The notes under the pieces were generated by a model. It made no database searches and was not told the DNA's origin. It was given only the letters and a program-made list of their open reading frames with translations. A stretch of 64,000 nt of DNA from a virus. Below, one piece after another: positions 9,770 to 21,500 of this stretch (position 1 is the stretch's first letter; every line of letters starts with the position of its first letter). The stretch covers positions 1 through 64,000 of the IMG/VR virus record IMGVR_UViG_3300032242_000468; one strand, 5' to 3'. The position numbers were made by a program, and so were the translations under genes.

Positions 9770-10194
9770 CAGATATAGTGTGTAGTGGCGGATTTTTTGT
9801 AGCAAAAGATACAAGACGATTTTTATTTTTGTTGCGTAATCAAGGACGTACAGCAGGGTCTTGGGGTATTGTAGGCGGCAAAAAAGAACCATTAGACTCT
9901 ACTCCTTATCAAGCACTTGAACGAGAAATTAGTGAAGAAGTAGGCAAGACTCCTACAATTAAAAAAGTCATTCCGCTTGAATTGTTTACTAGCGAAGACC
10001 AGCACTTCTTTTATAATACTTACATCCTGTTAGTTGATAAAGAATTTATTCCTACTCTAAATGAAGAGCATGTGGGCTATGCTTGGTGCGATTACGGTCA
10101 ATGGCCTAAGCCTTTACATCAAGGTGTAAAGCGTAGTCTGTCTAATAAGACTAATAAAACTAAAATTGAATTGCTTTTAGAAATGCTGTCCTAA
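9766..10194 (+). CDS. NUDIX hydrolase (likely start 9766, ATGA overlap with the upstream stop)
   Basis: Nudix box GGKKEPLDSTPYQALEREISEEVG, followed by LNEEH..YAW. Confidence 0.9.
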   Translation: MTDIVCSGGFFVAKDTRRFLFLLRNQGRTAGSWGIVGGKKEPLDSTPYQALEREISEEVGKTPTIKKVIPLELFTSEDQHFFYNTYILLVDKEFIPTLNEEHVGYAWCDYGQWPKPLHQGVKRSLSNKTNKTKIELLLEMLS

Positions 10195-10527
10195 TTACCA
10201 AGGACGAGATAGTGTTGCAATGGTTGGTTGAATCTGTTGTGCAATTTGATTTGCTAGATTTGATTTAATGTCTGCAATGGCATCGTCACCTAATGCAGTT
10301 GTTACCATTTGCTCTACTGCTGGTTGAGTAAGTTGATTGAATGGAATGAATGTAAGAGGATCTGGCTCACCCAATCCTACGTTACCAAAATACTGAGCTC
10401 CGTGCCCATCTTGATCAGTCACAGATATAACAAATTCAATGTTGTGCACAACATTTGTTAAATCATTTAGAACAGGATGTGCTAGAAAACGTCCAAATTC
10501 CCAGGTGTATGTTAGTGCGACGTCCAT
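10195..10527 (-). CDS. Small tail-fibre-associated protein (paralog family member 1)
   Basis: YTW...NVVHNIEF...G...FIPFNQLT...V motif shared with 10531..10854 and 11149..11562. Lies downstream of the tail fibre. Confidence 0.6.
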   Translation of the reverse strand: MDVALTYTWEFGRFLAHPVLNDLTNVVHNIEFVISVTDQDGHGAQYFGNVGLGEPDPLTFIPFNQLTQPAVEQMVTTALGDDAIADIKSNLANQIAQQIQPTIATLSRPW

Positions 10528-10530
10528 TTA

Positions 10531-10854
10531 TTAAACCTCAGGTATTCCGCCATTGGGATCTGATGTAAAGTGTTGTGTAAATGTATTAGGTATCAACGAA
10601 CGCTCTACCGCCGGTACATTCACCCATACTTTTACCCATTCAAGGATTTGTTCTTTGGTTACTGATTCATAAGGGACAAATGTATCAGCATCAATATTAG
10701 AAATATTTAAATCTTGAACACCGGTCATCTGTTTTGTGTTTGTTCCATCATCTGCTGTACAGTTCCAAACAACACGACTCACAATATTTGTGTTGGTATT
10801 GTATTCAGAAATTACATCAATTGACTGAACATCCCATGTATAAGTAATAGCCAT
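10531..10854 (-). CDS. Small tail-fibre-associated protein (paralog family member 2)
   Basis: MAITYTW...NIVSRVVW...FVPYESVTKEQILEWV. GGAG SD and TAAATA upstream. Confidence 0.65.
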   Translation of the reverse strand: MAITYTWDVQSIDVISEYNTNTNIVSRVVWNCTADDGTNTKQMTGVQDLNISNIDADTFVPYESVTKEQILEWVKVWVNVPAVERSLIPNTFTQHFTSDPNGGIPEV

Positions 10855-10877
10855 CCTAACTCTCCTTGATGTATTAT

Positions 10878-11099
10878 TTATTGTGTATTGACACTAATAC
10901 CATCTGGACGAGTAGTCTGTTGTACCGCTTGAAGTTGTGTTTGAGCCTGTGCTCTAACTTTTTCTACCACTTGAGCAGAAGTTTCGTAGGGCAATTTCAC
11001 CAAACCCATAATAATAATATTGACTTCATCAATTGAGAAATCTGTTAGGTTTAGAGTAGGCGCTTGCTGTCCGGTTGTTTGTGGTTGTGATGGTTGCAT
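10878..11099 (-). CDS. Small hypothetical protein, probable fibre assembly helper
   Basis: 73 aa with IDEVNII..GL.KLPYE.....VEK helical motif. TATAAATA at 11119-11126 and GGAG SD. Confidence 0.65.
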   Translation of the reverse strand: MQPSQPQTTGQQAPTLNLTDFSIDEVNIIIMGLVKLPYETSAQVVEKVRAQAQTQLQAVQQTTRPDGISVNTQ

Positions 11100-11148
11100 A
11101 AAAATCTCCTATTTGTTTTATTTATATAGGTGTTTAATGATAAGAAAA

Positions 11149-11562
11149 TTATATGATAATTGTTGTAGAAGTGTTCCAAGGAACTGCTTGCGATCTTACT
11201 ACCGCCGGCATGTTTTTAAGTCGTTCTGCTAGTGCATCAACAACAACCGAAACTCCAATATGGCTTTGTGCCCATTCTAATCCCATTTCTTCTGTTATTT
11301 GATCATAGGGAACAAATGACTCCGGATCAAAAACTCCTGGATATGTTGTAGTTTCACCTGTGAGTCTATCTTTAACTATCACATCACCTAATTGAAATGG
11401 AAGTGTTCCGTTTGAACTAACTCGGTTTCCGTTACTGTCTTCTGCCATTAGTTTCCAATGAACATGAGACACAACATCAGTCCATGTTCCATGGTTGGTA
11501 GTATTGACTTGTGTAACACTAAGAGTATATGTGGCTGTAGTGGTTGTAAAAATGTATGGCAT
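11149..11562 (-). CDS. Small tail-fibre-associated protein (paralog family member 3)
   Basis: DVVSHVHWKL...G...FVPYDQITEEM.LEWA. Its start overlaps the stop of the tail fibre gene. Confidence 0.65.
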   Translation of the reverse strand: MPYIFTTTTATYTLSVTQVNTTNHGTWTDVVSHVHWKLMAEDSNGNRVSSNGTLPFQLGDVIVKDRLTGETTTYPGVFDPESFVPYDQITEEMGLEWAQSHIGVSVVVDALAERLKNMPAVVRSQAVPWNTSTTIII

Positions 11563-14500
11563 TATTGTTTACCTTTTAGGTCTTCAATTTCTTTCTTTAA
11601 TAATTCTATTTGTTCTTTTTGTGTCTTGATTAACTCATGTACATCTTTAAACGCTTCAATAAACAATCCAGAAAAGTTTCCATAACTAACACCATACTCA
11701 TCTAATTCTTTGTTGTAAGTAACAACTTCTGGTAAAATTGGCTCAACTTCTTGAGCAATAACACCTATATGCTGTTGATTAGGATCCCAATCATCTGAAT
11801 TGGCTACAGGATTTTCTGTACGTTTATAATAGACACCTCTTAATTGTAAAACTTTATTTAATGCGTTATCAACTGTGAAAATATCTTTTTTCTTTCTGCG
11901 GTCTGAATACGCATAAACCTCTGATGTGGCATAAAGTTGTCCGTCAAAATAATGACTACCGTTTGTTCTTGCTTTATATCCGTTAGCCGCATTGGATCCA
12001 CCTATACCTAAACAACCATATGATCTGTTCCAATAGAAATGCCAACCTGTTGTAGTATCGTAATCGCCACCGTTGCCGCTTGTGTCAAACATAGCACCAA
12101 CGGTGTTACTTGCGCTGATATAATTAATACCAGTATAACTGTTACGGTATCCCTGCAAGTCAAAGCCACCGTATGTATAATCATAATTTGGATACCAATA
12201 GGGTGTACTGCTATAAGATGATGCTGAGAAACCAGGCCAATATAGTCCAAAGTTACCGTTACCCTGCAACCATGTTTGCCATTGATAATAGGATTGTCCC
12301 TGTTGACTTAGAACACGTGATCCTGTGTCATATAATGACCCGGCATACAGAGCTTGGTTACCGTTCGTACCAGTACCAATTCTTACACCGGCAGTACCTG
12401 TGATATAAACCATTTCTAATGGATCAGCATTTGAGCCAGAGTTTAGGGTATCAGAGTATACGTTATTTCCAAAGAATCCGTACGTTGTACTCTGGCTTGC
12501 GTACCAGTTAGTGCCCCATACGTTAGAACAATAAATGTCTGCATACCCAGAACCTGCACTATTTAACACCTGTAGTCTACTACTGGTGTCAATGCTCAAT
12601 TGAACAGCATAACTTGTTGCCCATTGTAATGATAATCTTGGAGCAATTTGGGCTGTACTACCAGTTAAGTTATATTCACGTAATTTGAGTGAAGCATATT
12701 GATAACTTGTACTGTTGGTGTTACTTGCTAATGCCCAGTCACCTGCGGTGTAGTTAGCAATATAACCAGGACCGTTAGTCAACTGATTCAAGTTAGTTAA
12801 GTTACCGCTGTCCCAAACTGTGTAACCACTACGTTGCAGAACCTGGTTAAAGTAGAAATATGGTCTATCAGTATAGATATGTGCATAACTTGTGTTAGCA
12901 GGACCGATTGTGATATAACCGTTTGATGTTGAGTTTGTGATACCCCATGTGTTAGCAGTACCTGCTACCCATGTACCTGCATTTGAACTATTATCAAATC
13001 TAATACCATAACCGGCAGTGGATGCAACATGGAAGTTAGCATCACCACGTGCTGAATATAAGTTTAATCCGCTACCATTACCTGTAGCAAATGATCCACC
13101 GCAAGTCCATGTTGTATTAGTATATCCAGAAGGAACAACACCAGTCGTATTACTTACAATAGTTGCATTACGAGCATCCATCAAACTATAGTAGAATGTG
13201 GCCGGAGTAGCACCTATGTACGGAATATAAATTTCTAAGTATTGTGAATCATACGTAGTTTTTGTAAGTACACGAACCTGAGTAACCGCATTACCGTTAT
13301 AACTTGATCCTGCTATCTGTGTAAAAGTTATACCGGCAACATCGTTAAATGCACCAGCAACAATAAATTCTTGTGAACTGTGTGGTCCGCTACTTGTACC
13401 GTCGTTAATTAATACATGGGCATAAAACTGTCCACCACCTAGATTGGCAATACGGAACCAACCAGTTGAACTTGTTGTCAAGGTGCTATTTTGTGTACCT
13501 TGGTAGTTTGTAGGAATAGTTATGTAAGTTGTACTACCACCAGCAATACCACTAGCACTTAGGTTGTAGGTATTATAGAATTCACCAGTAGTTGCTGTAG
13601 CATTAGTGTTGGCGGTAAATGCACGTCCCGCACCGTTTATGTAAAATTGATATGTGGTTCCGTCATATACTGTGAATGCTTTTGAAGCCCCTGTAGCAAC
13701 TTTAATTAATTGACCAAAATCGTTACCTGTTTTATCAATGTACAGACCGTAGTATCCACTTGCACTTTGGTCAACAATCATTACCGTAGCATTTGTACTA
13801 CCAGCAGTATAAGGATTGGTTAGATAGTAGAATATGTTTCCACCACCAGTTGTTCCACCACCAATAATACCTTTGCTTGATGTTATTGTACCCGCTGGAG
13901 CAGTAACAGCACCACCAAACTGGGCGGCATTGTTTGTAAGGTTAATCTGTAAAGGCCAATAACCATTGTACTGAGTCAATGTTAGACTGTTGTTAGCCTG
14001 AGATGCCTGAATGTAAAATGTGTTGCCTGACGAGTTAAACGCAGTGGTATACCCGCCTGTTGGTTCTAAGTATAAAGTAGGTGAAGCATTGTTGATAACA
14101 ATGTTACCAGTAAATGTCGGACTTGAACCTGTAACATATCCAGGACCATTAGTTAACTGGTTCAAGTTAGTTAAGTTTGTACTACCCCAAACGTTACCGG
14201 CGGCTAGTGTGTTTAGTACCCCACTTGAATTCAAATTCATCAACAGTGCGTTTGTTGTACCGTTGATCTGTCGCCACTTAAACACACCACCGTAGTCAAA
14301 GAATAGTGTACCGTCTTGGGCTGTACTGGTATTGCCGTCAGCAGATGTAATATCACCATGGAACATGATACCATGGAAATTATCATAAGACCCAATTCTA
14401 CCAGAACTGTTTGTATTCCAGTTGTTGAAATATACTGTAGCATTGGTACCTTGGAATCTAGAGTTACCTACAACGTCAAGATAATAACTAGGGCTAGTTT

Positions 14501-17500
14501 GATTAATACCGACATAACCATTAATTGGATCAATGGTCATACGTTCTATTGGTATATCGTTACCTGCACCAGAAGTTCCAGTACCAGGTTTAGTAGCAAA
14601 TACTAGGTAATCACGTTCAGATCCAGAGAAGTCATAACTTCTTGTACCAATCCATGCTTGAGGTGATGCATTATAACTTGTACTGTCAAGATTTAATGTA
14701 CCTCCACTGTAGTTTAACAAATGGTTAAATGCAATACCGCCATAATAACTGTTAGCAGTTGTCGATCTAGTCTGTGCAGGACCAATCTGCATTGCGTAAG
14801 TACCAGTATTAAGAGTAGATGCTCCATTTCCGCCCGATGATACCATGTGATTACCACTGCGGAAATCAATCGGTGCTGTGTAGTAAGCAGTTACAAACGA
14901 TAAGTTATTGCTTAATTGACTTAAATTGGTTAAGTTATAATTGTTCCAAGATTTAGCGGCTGTAACTGGACCAGTTTCAATTGTAGGTAGTGACGTAACA
15001 AAACTAATACCCCAGTTGTTAATCCAAGAAGTAAAGTTATAGTTACCAAAGCCCGCATAGAATTCTGTAACAAATACTTGAGGATAATTCCATACCGTAC
15101 CTACTTCACCAATTGTTATACAGTTGTAAGTACCATCGTTGCCCCATCGAACATTTACATCGCCACCGCCATGTGTACTCTGTGTAGCAAACACATTTAA
15201 CCAACCGCCTGCTGAATAGTTATATCCACCAACTTCAATTGATCTACTTGTACCTGCCGTAGTTCCTGCATATTCATAAATCTTGATAACCATGTACATC
15301 ATTGTACTAGTTCTGTACTGAGGCAATCTAATTTTTATAGCGCCAGTTACAGTTGGTGATGTCGTTACATAAGCGCCACCACCTGGGAAGTTTTCACGTA
15401 GACCTGCGGAGTTCTCACCTATACCGCCACTGGTATCTAACACATTTAAGAAAGTTACAGATGTTCCACTACTTACGTAGCCACTATTGTTACCTAACTG
15501 ATTCAAGTTGGTTAAATTACCAGAGTGATAAATCTGGAAGCCACCATAATAAGGCTGATAACCAAATGTAAATCTACCAGTTGAAGCATTAACATCAAAC
15601 GCCGCATCAGGGCGTGCCGCTGTACTACCTGTAAATCCTGCTTTTAGTAATGCAAATGAATCTGCATAAGTCGGAGTGTTTAACTTACCGATAAACCAAG
15701 CGGTTGTACTACCTGTGGTTAAGGGAAATACAACACCGGCATAACTATTACCAAAGTTAGGATTAATACGCAGGCCTTCGGTATAGGTGGTTGCTGTACT
15801 AGAAGCAAAATTTGTGTTTACAGTTAAACCCGGACTACCGGCAGTTAAACCGGCTATTGTACTACCTGAGGGTTGGAATGTGCCATAGTTAGTAATTGTT
15901 CCGCCAGAACCTGACCAACTTGTACCATTGCCGAGATATAGAATACCGTTAGAACCCTGAATAGTAGCAGGGTTATTAGCACCACTACTATCTTGGTTAC
16001 CAATTAAGAATGTTTGAACACCTGTACTATTGGTTAGACGTAGATAACTAGTAATTTGTGCCGCACCAGCAACATCTAACGGATACAAACCTGCTGTAGT
16101 TGCACCAATTTTAACGTTTCCGCCAGCACCTGCTAGGTTAACGTTACCTGCGACGTATTGATTTAGGGCAACAATGCCAGTTGAATCTTTACTATCAATT
16201 ACAATATCGCCTTGACCGTAACCTTTGATGTTTGCAGTTGCGGCAACACGATCTAGTTGCAGGTAGTCACTACGTAAATCGCCTAGATCATAAATCGCGG
16301 CAGAAGCCAAATACCAATTAACATTCCCGCCTGATGAAGGAACAGGACTACCGCTTAGAGAATAAAAATGTGTTGTACTAAATGTTCCTGTACTTCCGCA
16401 AATTACAACATAACTGTATTCTTCCCACTTACCGGTACCTACGTTATTTGTCAGCCAATAACCAGTTCCATCACTACCTGTTGAGTTGCCGCCAAAGTTT
16501 AGGGTATAACCTGCAGGAATAAATGCCTTGAACACACTGACTAAAACTGCATTTGCTCTTGATTGAACACCAAAATAGAATCCACCAAAGTTTGGACTTG
16601 CTGTGTTAGCAGTATGTTTGATGTTTAATAAGTATCCAGAAGTAGTTGGAGGTACATTTACCGGATAAGATGTGCTTGCCGCAGTAACTCTGGTAATTGT
16701 AACAGCACCTGATGCTAGATTATCGTATACTGTTAGGTTGTTGATTGAACTAACAAAGGTCTCATCCGGGTAGTTGATGTTTTTACGACCGTGTCTTGCT
16801 GATGCAAAACCTATAGTCGGTGCACCTTCGTAAGTCGTATCACCCGCTGTATACCAGTTTAATTTGTTATTAAATTTCAATCCACCGGCCGGGTTACCAA
16901 TATTAACGTTTGTGCCGTCGTATGTAAATCCGCTTGATCCTGCAAAACTGTTTCCACTGTCTTTGTAGATAACTTGATTTGCCGCACCAGCACCAATACC
17001 AGAACCTTGTTGACCAGTAGCACCAATTTCTCCCATTGGGCCAAAGGCTACGTTTGTTAATGATGTATTTGTTTCAAAGAATGCTGAATCAAAATACAAT
17101 GGTGTAGATATTGAACGTGCTGTAGTTCTTAAGAGGGTACCATTTTGCCAATATCTAATATTGCCGCCGTCATAGGTAATAGACAGCACATCGGTAATGG
17201 TATATCCACCACCTGTGTATACTGAACTACCGTTTTCGTAGATAATAATTGTGCCAGCATCAAAATAAATTGCATAGTCGATGCTTGAATATGAAGCGTC
17301 TGTTGTAGGGTCTGTGTTAAGACCAAACATAACACGATTGGCAGTTGAAGCACTTGATGCAGAAGAGTAAACACCTCTAACATAACCTTGTAGTGAATAT
17401 ACCTGCGCATCCCAAGTGTTATTATTGCCTAAAGCCTTTGTAAAAGTGCTATTGTTAGTTGTAGATACACCACCTGTCATTACAGGTGTCCATTCATAAG

Positions 17501-18533
17501 TACCTGCTAGACCAGTAGCACCTGTAGCACCTGTAGCACCAGTGGTACCTGGTGTTCCGCTAGGTCCAGTGGCTCCTGTAGCCCCCGTTAAACCTGTAGC
17601 ACCTGTTGCGCCAGTAGCACCAGTATATCCAGTGGCACCTGTAACACCGTTTACACCACTGGCTCCGCCAGTACCTGTAGCACCTTGAGGACCGGTAGCA
17701 CCAGTAGCACCTTGGCTACCTTGGGGACCAGTAGCGCCAGTAGCGCCAGTACCACCAACAGTACCTTGTGTACCTGCAGGACCTGTTGCACCTTGCTGGC
17801 CTGTAGCACCTGTTGCACCAAAATTACCTGCTATTGAAAAATACCAGTTAGTATAAGGACCAGCACCAGGAGTCCCGCCTACAAAATCTACATTAACTGT
17901 AATGGTCAAACCACTGATGTTAGAAATTACACCTTCAAGATAATTTGCAGGATTTACAGGATAAATTATTCTTACTCGAGTACCGACAATATAAGCATTA
18001 GCAGTATTAACTGTCCAAGTTAAACTTCCAGTATTCAATAAATTGGCAGATGTAGAAGTTACATAATAACCTAAACCAGTTGCACCTGTAGCACCTTGGC
18101 TACCTGCTGATCCCGCCGCACCTGTAGCACCTGTAGCACCAATTGGTCCTGTAGAACCTGTTGCGCCAGTAGCACCTGTAGAACCTATGGGTCCTGTAGC
18201 ACCTGTTGTACCTTGATAGCCACTTGTTCCTCCTGGCCCAGTCGCACCTGTAGCACCAAAAGCACCTGTTGCGCCAGTAGCACCTGTTGATCCCGCAGGA
18301 CCTGTTGAACCTGTTGAACCTGTAGCACCAGTGGGTCCTGTAGCACCAGTAGCACCTTGAGGTCCTGTAGCACCGCTATTTGATGGTATAAAACTTAAAA
18401 CACCAGTACCGTCTGTAGACATAACATATCCACTAGACCCTGAGTTTTGAGGTAAAGTTAAAGTAACCGTACCTGTTGTTGGCGATTTAAGTGTTATCTG
18501 ACCTTGTTGACTGGTATCTAAATTGATTGACAT
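11562..18533 (-). CDS. Long tail fibre with collagen-like N-terminal stalk and C-terminal intramolecular chaperone (peptidase S74-like)
   Basis: (G-x-T)n collagen tracts. C-terminal [10 protein letters not shown]...[13 protein letters not shown]...GVIAQEV..LPEVV...SYGNF..LFIEA plus a coiled coil. Confidence 0.9.
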   Translation of the reverse strand: MSINLDTSQQGQITLKSPTTGTVTLTLPQNSGSSGYVMSTDGTGVLSFIPSNSGATGPQGATGATGPTGATGSTGSTGPAGSTGATGATGAFGATGATGPGGTSGYQGTTGATGPIGSTGATGATGSTGPIGATGATGAAGSAGSQGATGATGLGYYVTSTSANLLNTGSLTWTVNTANAYIVGTRVRIIYPVNPANYLEGVISNISGLTITVNVDFVGGTPGAGPYTNWYFSIAGNFGATGATGQQGATGPAGTQGTVGGTGATGATGPQGSQGATGATGPQGATGTGGASGVNGVTGATGYTGATGATGATGLTGATGATGPSGTPGTTGATGATGATGLAGTYEWTPVMTGGVSTTNNSTFTKALGNNNTWDAQVYSLQGYVRGVYSSASSASTANRVMFGLNTDPTTDASYSSIDYAIYFDAGTIIIYENGSSVYTGGGYTITDVLSITYDGGNIRYWQNGTLLRTTARSISTPLYFDSAFFETNTSLTNVAFGPMGEIGATGQQGSGIGAGAANQVIYKDSGNSFAGSSGFTYDGTNVNIGNPAGGLKFNNKLNWYTAGDTTYEGAPTIGFASARHGRKNINYPDETFVSSINNLTVYDNLASGAVTITRVTAASTSYPVNVPPTTSGYLLNIKHTANTASPNFGGFYFGVQSRANAVLVSVFKAFIPAGYTLNFGGNSTGSDGTGYWLTNNVGTGKWEEYSYVVICGSTGTFSTTHFYSLSGSPVPSSGGNVNWYLASAAIYDLGDLRSDYLQLDRVAATANIKGYGQGDIVIDSKDSTGIVALNQYVAGNVNLAGAGGNVKIGATTAGLYPLDVAGAAQITSYLRLTNSTGVQTFLIGNQDSSGANNPATIQGSNGILYLGNGTSWSGSGGTITNYGTFQPSGSTIAGLTAGSPGLTVNTNFASSTATTYTEGLRINPNFGNSYAGVVFPLTTGSTTAWFIGKLNTPTYADSFALLKAGFTGSTAARPDAAFDVNASTGRFTFGYQPYYGGFQIYHSGNLTNLNQLGNNSGYVSSGTSVTFLNVLDTSGGIGENSAGLRENFPGGGAYVTTSPTVTGAIKIRLPQYRTSTMMYMVIKIYEYAGTTAGTSRSIEVGGYNYSAGGWLNVFATQSTHGGGDVNVRWGNDGTYNCITIGEVGTVWNYPQVFVTEFYAGFGNYNFTSWINNWGISFVTSLPTIETGPVTAAKSWNNYNLTNLSQLSNNLSFVTAYYTAPIDFRSGNHMVSSGGNGASTLNTGTYAMQIGPAQTRSTTANSYYGGIAFNHLLNYSGGTLNLDSTSYNASPQAWIGTRSYDFSGSERDYLVFATKPGTGTSGAGNDIPIERMTIDPINGYVGINQTSPSYYLDVVGNSRFQGTNATVYFNNWNTNSSGRIGSYDNFHGIMFHGDITSADGNTSTAQDGTLFFDYGGVFKWRQINGTTNALLMNLNSSGVLNTLAAGNVWGSTNLTNLNQLTNGPGYVTGSSPTFTGNIVINNASPTLYLEPTGGYTTAFNSSGNTFYIQASQANNSLTLTQYNGYWPLQINLTNNAAQFGGAVTAPAGTITSSKGIIGGGTTGGGNIFYYLTNPYTAGSTNATVMIVDQSASGYYGLYIDKTGNDFGQLIKVATGASKAFTVYDGTTYQFYINGAGRAFTANTNATATTGEFYNTYNLSASGIAGGSTTYITIPTNYQGTQNSTLTTSSTGWFRIANLGGGQFYAHVLINDGTSSGPHSSQEFIVAGAFNDVAGITFTQIAGSSYNGNAVTQVRVLTKTTYDSQYLEIYIPYIGATPATFYYSLMDARNATIVSNTTGVVPSGYTNTTWTCGGSFATGNGSGLNLYSARGDANFHVASTAGYGIRFDNSSNAGTWVAGTANTWGITNSTSNGYITIGPANTSYAHIYTDRPYFYFNQVLQRSGYTVWDSGNLTNLNQLTNGPGYIANYTAGDWALASNTNSTSYQYASLKLREYNLTGSTAQIAPRLSLQWATSYAVQLSIDTSSRLQVLNSAGSGYADIYCSNVWGTNWYASQSTTYGFFGNNVYSDTLNSGSNADPLEMVYITGTAGVRIGTGTNGNQALYAGSLYDTGSRVLSQQGQSYYQWQTWLQGNGNFGLYWPGFSASSYSSTPYWYPNYDYTYGGFDLQGYRNSYTGINYISASNTVGAMFDTSGNGGDYDTTTGWHFYWNRSYGCLGIGGSNAANGYKARTNGSHYFDGQLYATSEVYAYSDRRKKKDIFTVDNALNKVLQLRGVYYKRTENPVANSDDWDPNQQHIGVIAQEVEPILPEVVTYNKELDEYGVSYGNFSGLFIEAFKDVHELIKTQKEQIELLKKEIEDLKGKQ
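17500..18375 (-). repeat. Collagen-like Gly-X-Y repeats (mostly GAT/GPT/GST) in two blocks
   Basis: Repeated plus-strand units of the type 'agcacctgt', translating to [13 protein letters not shown]. Confidence 0.9.
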
Positions 18534-18575
18534 ATTCTACGACTTATAATCCAATATTTATTCTAACAAAATTCA

Positions 18576-21500
18576 TCAGTTTGTAACCTCGCTTGTCTGC
18601 ACATTTGCAACAAAACGTAGGGTATTTGCTCCGTCACCTTTACCTTGAACAAACAAACCGCCAGTTGTCGAATCTGCAATAATTTGGCAATCCCAAGTAG
18701 GATTACTTGACCAAATTTTTGTCTTGTTAACTACCTTCATCACAGTAGTTGCGGCACCATTATAACGGCTAATCACTCCATTAAACTGCCAAGCACCTTC
18801 ATCTAGGCTAGTAGTCGATTTGGCTGATACCAAAATACTAAACGAGTATGTTGAATTATCAGGCATTACCAATTGATTGGTTGTTCCGGGAGTAGCATTA
18901 TCTGTGGTTAGATTTGTAAATGCAGATCCTGTAATCTGGCGTCTTAGTACATATATACCTGCTTGAGAATCACCTGCTGTTGCAAATGCACCATTGGCAA
19001 ATATTTTGGATCCAGTTATACCTCTTGTTGTAGCACCACCACCTACGGCTAGATTATTTCCGCCAATGTATACATCACCGGCAATACCTGCACCGCCACC
19101 AACTGTTAAGGCACCGTTAGTTGTTCCTGTGGAAACTGTGATTGCTTGTATGTGAGTGTTACCGCCAATATTGACATCTTTAGAAATACCTACACCGCCG
19201 GCTACTATTAGCGCACCCGACGCAGTATCTAAACTTTGTGTACCGCTCTTAGCATATAAATTACCCGACAAATCAATAGATACTGCAATTGTGCCAGTTG
19301 TTGGGGCACTTCTGCTGGTCATTGTAGCATTGGTTGAGAAGTTAATTCCACCAGATGAATAAACTGTGTTGTAACTTGCACCAGCAGTCCATAAACCTAT
19401 ACCTTGACCTAAGTTGTTAGTTGCAATTTGTAGTACTTGATTGCCACTTATACCTTCGTTGTAAATACCGCCTGTTGTAGGCAAATAAATTGTGGCACTT
19501 GATCCTGCAATAATTGCACTTGTTGCTGTTAAAGCGCCTGCGACAAATATATTTCCACCAACACCTACACCACCTGTAACTACCAATGCTCCAGTTGTCG
19601 AACTAACAGCCTGTGTTGCATTTTGTGTAACTAGTTTGCCAGCAAAATAACCGTCACTGCCTACACCTAAACCACCAACAACCTGTAGTGCACCACTAGT
19701 TGGAGATATAGCATTAGTTGCATTAAGAATTGTTATTAGTTGATGAGTAGAACTTCCTCTACTTGTGACAGATTCTAAAGTAGAAGTTCCCCAAATTGTA
19801 ATAGCACCAGTACTTGTACTAATAGCCGTATCAGTTCCAGCAATAAGATTAGATACATAACCACCACTACCACCACTACCACCACCGCCTGTAAGTACAC
19901 TTTGTCCATTAACAGTTAAACTACCGTTAACATTGACATCACCACCAACACCAATACCACCTAATACAATTAGATCACCCGTATTTGTGCTTGTGGAGGC
20001 TGTACCACCTATTAAGGTTAACCCGCCAAATTTTGCACGACCGAATGTTCCAGTGTTGGCAAAACTGGGGGTATATGTTTCTGTGCCACCTGGATAAACA
20101 TTAGTCTTATACACCAGTACTTGTGTAGCATTGTCCATACCTAAGAAGGCGTGGTTATCGTACAGAGTATTTGCTGTAGCGGTTGTATTATAATGTAAAA
20201 TTAAACCGCGATCAAATCCGTCATTTACTGTTAATGCAGTATTTTGTGCTCCGGCACCTAATTCAATTACAGGATCAACAATGTAAGTCTGTGTAGAATT
20301 TACAAATGTCTGTTGTCCAAATACTTGTAAATTTCCGTAGATAGCAGTATTGCCACCTACAACTAAACTCTTACTAATTCCAACACCACCGCTAACAATT
20401 AAAGTTGCGTATGTACTAGAAGTTGCATCTTGGCCATTGTTAAGAGTGATAATTCTATCACTGATTGCACCGCGACTTGTAACACTTTCTAGTGTGCTAT
20501 TATCCCAAATTGTGACAGCACCTGTAGATGTACTGACAACCGTATCTGTACCAGCAGTGATACTTAGAACACCAGTATTGTTGATACTAAATGTTGCTGT
20601 TGTACCTGTTGAACTAATAATTGTTACACTAGTTCCTGTTCCTGCTGTTGGCAATACTGTGGTAACAACACGTTGTCCCCTGTCGTATACGCCTTGACCT
20701 GAATATATAGAACCATTAACACCTAAACCACCAGCAATAGTTACTGCACCAGTTAATGGGCTAATTGATTGAACAATACTTGTAAATGTTGCAGTACCGT
20801 TTACAAGAAGTGTTCCTGTGTTTATGATACCGCCGGTTACAATTTGTGCCGAAGTCACTGTATTAGCAACATACAATGATCCACCAATACCAACACCACC
20901 GCCAACTGTTAAAGCACCTGAATTTGTTGAAGTTGAAACAGTTACTGACAAAAATCTAATATCGTCAGTAGTGCTATTTCCTCTGTCAGTTACATTCTGT
21001 AGTGTATCAATACTAGATATTTGAACTTGACCAACACCGGTTGGTGGATTAATTGAAATACCACTGCCGGTTGTAATCTTTGTAACTCCATAACTACCAA
21101 TTGAAGATGTAGTTAATACCTGTGCACCTTGTGTGAATATAGGTCCAGTAACATCTAATTCACCTGATGGCAACAATTTCATCAAGATAGTAGCCGTTGT
21201 ACTAGTTTGACTTTGTAACCATTCAAAAGATACAGAAGGAGCCGGATATAGATTATAAAAATCTATCTCGTTAGATCCGCCGCTGGCATTATTACTGAGT
21301 GCTAATCCGCCTAATGGATTTGCTGGTATTTCTGTTTGAGTGTTATAGTTAAAGACCGAGTATCCACCAAACACAGTCATACCATTGTTAATGGAAGCAC
21401 CACCATTAACATTTATGTTTCCACTAATACCAACACCGCCAGTTACAACTAGAGCACCGTTAGTTGATCCAGTTGAACTTGTAGGGTTAGTAAGTGTGAT

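Noticed and set aside
17500-18375. Short periodic DNA repeats as a CRISPR array or satellite
   Set aside because: The 9-bp periodicity is fully explained by collagen Gly-X-Y codons, and there is no repeat-spacer structure.
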